NCBI GenBank assembly: GCA_049515915.1
Contig: JBEKTP010000008.1
Span: 1 to 36,615 of the forward strand
DNA: 36,615 nucleotides
Direction of reading: 5' to 3'
Source: Patescibacteria group bacterium
GTDB lineage: Bacteria > Patescibacteriota > UBA1384 > UBA12157 > JAENIV01
Under the pieces are notes generated by a model. The model was not told the origin of the DNA. It saw only the letters and a list, made by a program, of their open reading frames with translations, and made no database searches. Below are positions 1-6,945 of the stretch, in pieces; positions within the stretch are counted from its first letter, which is position 1; each line of letters begins with the position of its first letter. A program made the position numbers and the translations under genes.

Positions 1-93
1 TCCACCGTGGGTCTCAACGAACAACAAATTATTGAATACGTTAAATACCAACAAGCCCAGGATTCAGGGCGATCGAAGATCGACCTGAAGTAG
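1..93 (+). mobile_element. tnpA: 3' end of IS200/IS605-family Y1 transposase (partial, cut by window start)
   Basis: Frame 1 translates to STVGLNEQQIIEYVKYQQAQDSGRSKIDLK*, matching the TnpA(Y1) C-terminal STVG..E..I..Y...Q motif with the catalytic Tyr; a GC-rich hairpin follows immediately. Confidence 0.85.
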
Positions 94-95
94 TG

Positions 96-114
96 CCACG
101 GGCTATGCCCGTGG
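96..114 (+). repeat. IS200/IS605 right-end subterminal hairpin
   Basis: CCACGGGC-TAT-GCCCGTGG, a perfect 8-bp stem starting 2 nt after the tnpA stop codon. Confidence 0.75.
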
Positions 115-162
115 GTATCTACAAATCGTAGTTTAGAGCGGAGTGGCTGAAGGGAACGATTC

Positions 163-693
163 ATGAAGTTAACTCGAACCGAAAAAGAACAATTGGTTTC
201 GGATGCCGTTGAGCATTTAGATCAGTCGAAAGCGGTTATTTTAGTGAATTATCAGGGATTAACCGTAAAAGACATTCAGGATTTAAAAAAGAAGTTACGT
301 GAAAAGGGGATAGGCTTTCAGATTATCAAGAATACCTTGTTTAAAATCGCTTTAAAGAAAAAGGGGGTTGCGTTTGATGAAAAACTTTTGGACCAGCCGG
401 TCGCGGCGGTTTGGGGACTCGATGATGAAGTCATCCCCGCTAAATTGACGGTTGAGTTTGGTAAAACCGCCGAAAAAATGAATATTATCGGCGGAATTAT
501 TGATCAGTCTTATACTGACGAATCAATCATCAAACAATTAGCGGCTCTTCCGGGTCGAGATGAGCTTTACGCCAGATTGATTGGCAGTTTAAATACGCCG
601 ATGTATCGGTTAGTGAACGTTTTGCAGGGCAATTTACGATCGTTAGTGTCCATCTTAAAACAATACGGTGCTTTGCAAGAAAGTAAAATCTAA
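163..693 (+). CDS. rplJ: 50S ribosomal protein L10
   Basis: YQGLTV...LKKKLRE, IIKNTLFKIA and LAALPGRDELYARL motifs; lies upstream of L7/L12. Confidence 0.97.
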   Translation: MKLTRTEKEQLVSDAVEHLDQSKAVILVNYQGLTVKDIQDLKKKLREKGIGFQIIKNTLFKIALKKKGVAFDEKLLDQPVAAVWGLDDEVIPAKLTVEFGKTAEKMNIIGGIIDQSYTDESIIKQLAALPGRDELYARLIGSLNTPMYRLVNVLQGNLRSLVSILKQYGALQESKI

Positions 694-752
694 CTTAATA
701 AATTACAAAATATAAAAGTTCATAATGAGTCGATAAGTGGAAAGGAAATACT

Positions 753-1415
753 ATGGCAGATGACATGAAGAAAAAAGAAAAAGCGGCTGAAAAAGAAGCG
801 GAAGCCGAAGCGAAATTAGAAAAAGAAGCTTCTAAAGAGGAAAACGCTAATCCTGATGAGAAAGCGGAAGTGGCCGCTCAAGTCGAGGAAGCCGTCCAAG
901 CCGAAGAAGAAACTCCGGCCGAAGTGGAAGCGGTTAATACTGATAATGAAACGGCACTTGAAGTAACCAAAAAAGCGGCTCCAGAAGAGCCAAAAAAAGA
1001 GGTTAAAAAAGTGGAAGCAAAACCAGAACCAACGGGCAAATTCAAAGATTTAATCAAGGAAATTGAGGGTTTAACCACGATTGAATTAGCGGAATTGGTT
1101 AAAGTTCTTGAAGAGCGATTTGGCGTTTCTGCCGCCGCTCCGGCGGCGATGGCCCCGGCCGCCGTGGGGACCGCCAGTACTCCCGAAGCCGCTGAAGAGA
1201 AGGCCACTTATACCGTTGTTTTGGCCGATTCTGGCGCGCAGAAAATAGCGGTAATCAAAGCTCTTCGCGAGATCAATCAGGAATTGGGTCTTAAGGAAGC
1301 AAAAGATATAGCCGATGCGCCGCCTAAAGAGATTTTAAAAGATGCTTCAAAAGAAAAATCCGAAGAGGCCAAGAAGAAACTTGAAGCTGCAGGTGCCAAA
1401 GTTGAGTTGAAGTAA
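753..1415 (+). CDS. rplL: 50S ribosomal protein L7/L12 with long acidic N-terminal extension
   Basis: [41 protein letters not shown] and [12 protein letters not shown] motifs; SD-like GGAAAGGA before ATG 753; alternative in-frame GTG at 1011. Confidence 0.95.
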   Translation: MADDMKKKEKAAEKEAEAEAKLEKEASKEENANPDEKAEVAAQVEEAVQAEEETPAEVEAVNTDNETALEVTKKAAPEEPKKEVKKVEAKPEPTGKFKDLIKEIEGLTTIELAELVKVLEERFGVSAAAPAAMAPAAVGTASTPEAAEEKATYTVVLADSGAQKIAVIKALREINQELGLKEAKDIADAPPKEILKDASKEKSEEAKKKLEAAGAKVELK

Positions 1416-1441
1416 ATTAAAATATTGATTTCCATCTGACT

Positions 1442-1471
1442 GCAAAAATCCCGCGATCGCGGGATTTTTGC
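1442..1471. terminator. Intrinsic terminator of rplJL (perfect palindrome, probably bidirectional)
   Basis: GCAAAAATCCCGCGA/TCGCGGGATTTTTGC, a 30-bp perfect palindrome with A- and T-tracts on either side of a GC stem. Confidence 0.85.
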
Positions 1472-1488
1472 TATCTAATAACGAATAT

Positions 1489-1517
1489 TTGACAAAGAAG
1501 TTAAAATATGATACAAT
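1489..1517 (+). promoter_or_regulatory. Sigma70-type promoter
   Basis: TTGACA (1489-1494), 17 bp, TACAAT (1512-1517), with extended -10 TG. Confidence 0.8.
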
Positions 1518-1565
1518 ACCTGCTATCAAGGACACCCATTGTGTCCAAGAAAGGGGGAAGAACCG

Positions 1566-2144
1566 ATGGTCGAGCAGATGTTCGGCCAGCTCCGAACCTT
1601 CCTTCTAGACAACAATCTTGTTGTCGGACTTTGCCTCGTCGCTCAGCCTCTGAACAAGAGACTGCGGACTCCCTTCAGCCGGACCCTGGAGCTGTTTATC
1701 GCCAGGGTCGAAGCTTTTCTGATTGCTCGGCGGGATCATCGCCGCCGAGTAAGGTTGAGTTTTGACGAGATTAATACTCTTCTCGATCTCGTCAACCAAC
1801 AGTTCATCAGAGCCCAACAGGAACGCACGAGGATCGTCGAGAAGATCGAAGCCAGCCGTCTCCTGATTACCGAGAAGGAACAGGAACGCTACGGTCAACT
1901 TCGACTTCTGGGCATAATTCGTGGTTCGAATCAGATCGTGGAGATCCAAGCGGTCATTCAAGCCACGGAAAGAGTCCTGACGATTCAAAAGCGTTCCCTG
2001 GGTGGCAACGAGACCGAGCTGACGAAGCTCAGAATCCAACTTCAGCAGCTCGGGGAGATCCGGCAGATTCTCAACCAGGAGGGCGAGGGTAATGGCGACA
2101 GAAACGGCAGAAGAGGTTCGGAGCAGCAGCTCGTGCGGCCATGA
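1566..2144 (+). CDS. Hypothetical GC-rich coiled-coil protein (ORFan-like)
   Basis: ATG 1566 preceded by AAGGGGGAAG; own promoter upstream and hairpin downstream; Q/E/L/R-rich heptad-like sequence; visibly more GC-rich than its neighbours; no family recognised. Confidence 0.65.
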   Translation: MVEQMFGQLRTFLLDNNLVVGLCLVAQPLNKRLRTPFSRTLELFIARVEAFLIARRDHRRRVRLSFDEINTLLDLVNQQFIRAQQERTRIVEKIEASRLLITEKEQERYGQLRLLGIIRGSNQIVEIQAVIQATERVLTIQKRSLGGNETELTKLRIQLQQLGEIRQILNQEGEGNGDRNGRRGSEQQLVRP

Positions 2145-2158
2145 GCCGCACGCATCCC

Positions 2159-2206
2159 AAGGGGTTATCTAAAGCACTAAAACATAGTGCGGCAGATAAC
2201 CCCTTT
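2159..2206 (+). terminator. Stem-loop after the GC-rich gene (probable terminator)
   Basis: AAGGGGTTATCT (2159-2170) pairs with AGATAACCCCTT (2194-2205); inner GCACTA/TAGTGC stem. Confidence 0.55.
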
Positions 2207-2239
2207 CAATATGGTTTAATCCATCATAAACTACAATTA

Positions 2240-3358
2240 ATGAATATTTTCAAGATTACCAAAAAATCTAAAAATAGCCTTGCCCGAAAGGGTATAGTGA
2301 GAACTTTACATGGCGAATTTCAAACGCCGGTTTTTATGCCGTGTGCGACTGTTGGCGCGGTTAAAGGAGTTTCCGCTGAAGAGTTAAAAGTTCTCGGTTA
2401 CGGAATAATTTTAGGTAATACTTATCATTTATACTTGAGGCCGGGCGAGAAAGAAATCAAGAAATTAGGAGGGATTCAGAAATTTATTAACTGGCACGGC
2501 CCAGTATTAACCGACTCGGGGGGATATCAAATATTTTCGCTGGGACATAACTTTCGTGATTATGGTGACGAAATAAGAGAAGCTTTATTGGTTAATGTCC
2601 GCTCCGACGGGGCATGGTTTAAATCACATCTTGACGGAACAAAACATTTTTTCTCTCCTGAAAAAGTTTTAGAGATTCAAAAAGATCTCGGCTCCGATAT
2701 TTTGATGGTTTTAGACGAATGTACCGAATTTCCTGCCACTAAAGAAAGGGCCCGACATTCAGTGGAAATGACCAACACTTGGGCGAAACGCTCGATCGAT
2801 TATTGGCAAAGATTTGGTCATAAAAAGCAAGCCATTTTTGGGATTATTCAAGGCTCGGTTTATCAAGATCTCAGAGAAAAAGCGGCAGAATTTATTAACT
2901 CGCTTGGTTTTGATGGTATTGCCGTGGGCGGCGTCTCTGTTGGCGAAGGCAAAGCCAATATGTACAAAGTTATAAAATGGGTTGGTCCGATCTTACCGTC
3001 GAATAAACCGCATTATCTCATGGGAGTAGGGGAGCCGGAAGATATTTTGGAAGCCGTCAAATGGGGATTTGATATGTTTGACTGCGTGTTGCCAACCAGG
3101 CTTGGCCGCCATGGTACAGTTTGGGTGACGACAAACTGGAAAAAATTTCCAAAAATAGATTTAAGAAAATCCCGCTATCGCCAAGATAGCCAGAAAATTA
3201 TGAAAAATTGTCAATGTCCGTCCTGTTCAGCCGGTTATTCACGGGCTTATATTTCGCATTTGATTCGTAATAACGAAATGCTGGGAATGAGACTAGCTTC
3301 CTTACACAATCTTTGGATTTTAAGTGAGCTCATGAAGAGAATCAGAAAAAGCATTTAA
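2240..3358 (+). CDS. tgt: tRNA-guanine(34) transglycosylase
   Basis: TPVFMP, LGNTYHL, TDSGGYQIFSL, LMGVG, DMFDCVLPTR and Zn site CQCPSC..HN. ATG 2240 (MNIFKI) is preferred over 2141 because the extra N-terminus runs through a hairpin. Confidence 0.96.
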   Translation: MNIFKITKKSKNSLARKGIVRTLHGEFQTPVFMPCATVGAVKGVSAEELKVLGYGIILGNTYHLYLRPGEKEIKKLGGIQKFINWHGPVLTDSGGYQIFSLGHNFRDYGDEIREALLVNVRSDGAWFKSHLDGTKHFFSPEKVLEIQKDLGSDILMVLDECTEFPATKERARHSVEMTNTWAKRSIDYWQRFGHKKQAIFGIIQGSVYQDLREKAAEFINSLGFDGIAVGGVSVGEGKANMYKVIKWVGPILPSNKPHYLMGVGEPEDILEAVKWGFDMFDCVLPTRLGRHGTVWVTTNWKKFPKIDLRKSRYRQDSQKIMKNCQCPSCSAGYSRAYISHLIRNNEMLGMRLASLHNLWILSELMKRIRKSI

Positions 3359-3372
3359 ATAAATCTTCTGTG

Positions 3373-3401
3373 TTGCGATATCACGATTTTGGCGCTATAC
3401 T
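3373..3401 (+). promoter_or_regulatory. Sigma70-type promoter for the ATPase cluster
   Basis: TTGCGA, 17 bp, TATACT; SD AAGGAGG at 3419-3425. Confidence 0.6.
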
Positions 3402-3429
3402 TTAAATAAGGAATATTTAAGGAGGAATC

Positions 3430-3786
3430 ATGCCAACCCCAGGTGTTCCTGGTTTAGAAATATCTAATCCCGAAGGTCAGCCGCATCCGGAAGAAAAGAG
3501 TATTCAGAAGCCTGAGATATCTGAACCCGCTGGTTCATTAGAAATCCCGAGTGCGTCAGAACCAGAGGGAGGAATAACAAAACCGGAAGAGAAAGAGGTT
3601 GAGCCGGCGGTTAAATTACCGGGGCAGATAAATCTCAAGCCACCGGCGGTGGAAAGTAAAGAACCAGCAAAATCGGTTTCAAGTGAAATAACTCCGGCTA
3701 TTATCGATCAGATACCTGAAAATGTGGCGGAGGCAGCCGATAAAAACGAGCTTATCGGCGGCGAAGATTCTAAAACTGTTACTTGA
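3430..3786 (+). CDS. Hypothetical Pro/Glu-rich, probably disordered protein
   Basis: Strong SD AAGGAGG; 118-aa low-complexity P/E/S/K sequence; stop lies 20 nt before the ATPase gene. Confidence 0.75.
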   Translation: MPTPGVPGLEISNPEGQPHPEEKSIQKPEISEPAGSLEIPSASEPEGGITKPEEKEVEPAVKLPGQINLKPPAVESKEPAKSVSSEITPAIIDQIPENVAEAADKNELIGGEDSKTVT

Positions 3787-3806
3787 CCGATTGTTAAGGA
3801 GGGGTT

Positions 3807-6308
3807 TTGGACGGAGCGCTCGGCGGAATTTTAATTGAAGTTCTAATTATCGTCGCTATTTTTGTTGTGTTTTTTGTCGTCTATTTTTTATATACAGCTA
3901 AAAGGAAAAAAAACGAACTCGAAAGAATCAAAGATTTGAGGGTTTTTCAAGTTTCGATCCCGAAGGAAGCCGCCGCGGCCAAGCAGAATGAAACTCCTAA
4001 AGATTTTAAGGAAATTATTGGTGTCGCCGACCAATTTTTTTCGTCGCTCTCACAACTTTATGATTCCAACATCGGTAAAAAGATATACGGTCTTTATCCT
4101 CAAATAGTTTTTGAAATTATCGCTATGGACGAAACCATCGAGTTTTATTGCATTTCTCCTCAAGAGCTTGATCAGGTGGTTGAGCGGCAAATCAATTCTT
4201 TTTGGCCAACCGCTCGTATTCTCAAAAAAACCGTTCCGAATATTTTTAAATCTAAGACCGGCGAGATGGTTTCCTGTGCATTCGGCTTACATAAAAAATT
4301 TGTGATTCCCATTAGAACTTATAAATATCTTGAGTCGGATCCGCTTAATTCACTTACCAATGCGCTTTCTAAACTGGGCAAGGATTCGGCCATGGCAATT
4401 CAATTGATTGTTAAACCTATCTCAGATGATTGGCGTCGGGCCGCCGGTATTACCGCCAAGAAGGTGATGGAAGGTAAATCAATTGCCACTGAAACTTGGT
4501 GGATGAAAATAATCCATTTTATTTTTGAAGGGCTGGGTAATATTTTTCATGGTTCCTCGAGCGGGGGAGCAGCCAGCTCTTCTAAAGGACCAGCGACGAT
4601 GGATATCCAAAAGCCGGTGCAGTTGACGCCCATCCAAGAGCAATCATTGAAGATGCTGAACGAAAAATCTTCGAAAACGGGCTTGGGCACTAATATCCGA
4701 ATTGTCTCGGTGGCGCCGGATCACGGGCAAGCGATTCTTAACTTAAAAAACGTGACTACTTCTTTCGGCCAGTTTTCAAGTCCCGATTTAAACGGTTTTA
4801 AAGTTAAGATTGCTCCTAACAGCAATATCCGTGATTATATTTTGCGACGCTTCATTGATAAAGGGATGATATTAAATTCGGAAGAACTCGCCTCGGTTTT
4901 TCATTTTCCGAGTCATTTTGTCGAGACGCCGAATATTGCTTGGCTTTTGGCTAAAGAAATGTCGCCGCCGACCAATCTCCCCAATGAGGGGGTCATTATC
5001 GGCGAGAGTATTTATCGGGGTCAAGTCCAACCGGTTAAAATAAAAATTGATGACCGCCGTCGTCATATTTTTATGATTGGTAAGACCGGCGTCGGGAAAA
5101 CGACGCTTTATACCAATATGATTGAGCAAGATATGCTTGAGGGCCGCGGCTGTTGTTTTATCGATCCGCTTGGCGACGCGATTGAAGATTTACTGGGTAA
5201 AATTCCTCCGAATAGACTTAAAGACGTGATTTTGTTCGATCCGTCGGATGTGGAATTTCCTATGGGTCTGAACTTACTTGAGTGGAGGACGGCCGACGAG
5301 CGGGATTTTCTTATTCAAGAAGCCATCCAAATTTTCTACAAACTTTTTGATCCGGGACAAACGGGGATTGTCGGCCCGCAGTGGGAACATTGGTTTAGAA
5401 ATGCCGCCTTAACGATTATGGCTCAACCAGGCGGCGGAACATTGATTGATGTCCCGCGGATTTTTACTGATGACGCCTTTCGCACTCGGTTGATTGGCTA
5501 TATTAAAGATCCCATTGTTAAAGCATTTTGGCAGCAGCAACTGGCTAAGACGGCCGATTTTCATAAATCAGAAATGTATAACTATTTCATTTCCAAGTTC
5601 GGCCGTTTTACGACCAATGAATTGATGAGAAATATTATCGGTCAGAAACAATCGTCTTTTGATCTTCGCCGGGCGATGGATGAAGGCCGAATCTTGCTCA
5701 TCAACTTAAGTAAAGGAAAAATTGGCGAAGTCAATTCCTCACTTTTGGGCATGATTTTAGTTTCCAAAATTCAAATGGCCGCTTTTTCACGAGCCAACAT
5801 TCCGGAAGAAAACCGTAAAGATTTTTATCTTTATGTTGATGAATTTCAAAATTTTACGACTGATTCGTTTGCGAGTATTCTTTCGGAGGCGAGAAAATAT
5901 CGTCTTAATTTAGCTATCGCTAACCAATATATTGCTCAACTCACTGAACAAATTCGCGATGCGGTGATTGGCAATGCGGGAACGATGATTTGCTATCGAA
6001 TTGGCGCGGCCGATGCGGAATTTATGGTTAAGGAATTTCCGGCAGTGACTGCTGAAGATATGGTCAATCTTGATCGTTTTAACACTTACACTAAGCTCCT
6101 GATTGACGGGACCCCTTCAAAACCGTTTAGCATGAGAGGTATAAAGTCGAAGATGCCAAGCTCAGAAGAAATTCGTTCAAAAGCCCGCGCTATTTCGAGA
6201 ACTTTAGCCCAACCGAAAGCTCAAATTGAATCTCAAATTAAGGAGGCAATTCAGGCAATGGGTCCACCGCCGCCAACTGGCTCAAACGGTCCGCTTAATA
6301 ATCTTTAA
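3807..6308 (+). CDS. Membrane-anchored VirD4/TraG/HerA-like P-loop ATPase (copy 1)
   Basis: N-terminal TM helix; Walker A GKTGVGKT; FIDPLGD; Walker B YLYVDEFQNF; LSEARKY; TTG start after AAGGAGG. Confidence 0.9.
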   Translation: MDGALGGILIEVLIIVAIFVVFFVVYFLYTAKRKKNELERIKDLRVFQVSIPKEAAAAKQNETPKDFKEIIGVADQFFSSLSQLYDSNIGKKIYGLYPQIVFEIIAMDETIEFYCISPQELDQVVERQINSFWPTARILKKTVPNIFKSKTGEMVSCAFGLHKKFVIPIRTYKYLESDPLNSLTNALSKLGKDSAMAIQLIVKPISDDWRRAAGITAKKVMEGKSIATETWWMKIIHFIFEGLGNIFHGSSSGGAASSSKGPATMDIQKPVQLTPIQEQSLKMLNEKSSKTGLGTNIRIVSVAPDHGQAILNLKNVTTSFGQFSSPDLNGFKVKIAPNSNIRDYILRRFIDKGMILNSEELASVFHFPSHFVETPNIAWLLAKEMSPPTNLPNEGVIIGESIYRGQVQPVKIKIDDRRRHIFMIGKTGVGKTTLYTNMIEQDMLEGRGCCFIDPLGDAIEDLLGKIPPNRLKDVILFDPSDVEFPMGLNLLEWRTADERDFLIQEAIQIFYKLFDPGQTGIVGPQWEHWFRNAALTIMAQPGGGTLIDVPRIFTDDAFRTRLIGYIKDPIVKAFWQQQLAKTADFHKSEMYNYFISKFGRFTTNELMRNIIGQKQSSFDLRRAMDEGRILLINLSKGKIGEVNSSLLGMILVSKIQMAAFSRANIPEENRKDFYLYVDEFQNFTTDSFASILSEARKYRLNLAIANQYIAQLTEQIRDAVIGNAGTMICYRIGAADAEFMVKEFPAVTAEDMVNLDRFNTYTKLLIDGTPSKPFSMRGIKSKMPSSEEIRSKARAISRTLAQPKAQIESQIKEAIQAMGPPPPTGSNGPLNNL

Positions 6309-6332
6309 ATCCTCGTAAAATTCTCCCCACTG

Positions 6333-6341
6333 TGTTATAAT
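6333..6341 (+). promoter_or_regulatory. Extended -10 promoter
   Basis: TGTTATAAT between the ATPase 1 stop and the next gene. Confidence 0.5.
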
Positions 6342-6409
6342 CATCTATGATTAAAAATGCCCACTCAAATAAGGCATTGACTAAAAACAAAGATCAAAGA
6401 AAGGATAAA

Positions 6410-6937
6410 ATGCAACCTTCGGATAAAAACCTCAAAGAGCTCAAAAACCTTTTAGATGAAGCGGAAGAGAAAGTCGCGGCCGCCAAAAGAATTTTATTTG
6501 AACAAGTTTATCAAGAGCAAGCTAAAAACTTCGATTTAATGAGTGATGAATCGACTGGGCCCAATACAATTATTGAAGGCGTTTTCGACGGCGAGGAAAT
6601 GATCGACGGCTCGGGCAAAAAATTTCCTGTTCCTTCAAACTACGCCTCCAAATCTAAGCTTATTCCTGGCGATAAACTCAAACTGACCATCACGGCCGAC
6701 GGCACTTTTATCTTTAAACAAATCGGCCCCGTTGATCGTAAAAGAATGGTTGGTTTGCTTTCAGAAACAGGGGGTCGCTGGCAAGTGACCAGTGATGGGG
6801 AAAAGTATCATGTTTTACAAGCCTCGGTTACTTACTTTCGAGCTAAGTCTGGCGATGAAGTCACAATTATCGTCCCGAAAGCAGGGGAGAGCGATTGGGC
6901 CGCCATTGAAAATTGTCTCAATAAAAAAGAGGCGTAA
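6410..6937 (+). CDS. Conserved hypothetical protein (CPR-type; N-terminal coiled coil plus predicted beta-barrel region)
   Basis: IEGVFDGEEM..G.K.PVPSNYASKSKL.PGD.LKLTI..DG.FIFKQIGPV motif recalled from a widespread CPR family; AAGGA SD before ATG 6410; alternative near-leaderless ATG at 6347. Confidence 0.8.
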   Translation: MQPSDKNLKELKNLLDEAEEKVAAAKRILFEQVYQEQAKNFDLMSDESTGPNTIIEGVFDGEEMIDGSGKKFPVPSNYASKSKLIPGDKLKLTITADGTFIFKQIGPVDRKRMVGLLSETGGRWQVTSDGEKYHVLQASVTYFRAKSGDEVTIIVPKAGESDWAAIENCLNKKEA

Positions 6938-6945
6938 AGGGTTAA

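Noticed and set aside
878-1207. 109-aa antisense ORF within rplL, and similar shadow ORFs within the ATPases, secDF, helicase, nrdJ, ftsAZ, ybeY and slt
   Set aside because: They overlap confidently identified genes and show no recognisable motifs or expression signals.
1508-2039. Overlapping ORFs 1508-1765 (+) and 1605-2039 (-)
   Set aside because: Expected by-products of a GC-rich, stop-poor segment; only the 1566 frame has a promoter, SD and terminator in register.
2141-2239. N-terminal extension of Tgt, or a preQ1 riboswitch upstream of tgt
   Set aside because: Tgt similarity starts at ATG 2240. The hairpin lacks the preQ1-I consensus (short stem, UUC-containing loop, A-rich tail) and fits better as the terminator of the upstream gene.
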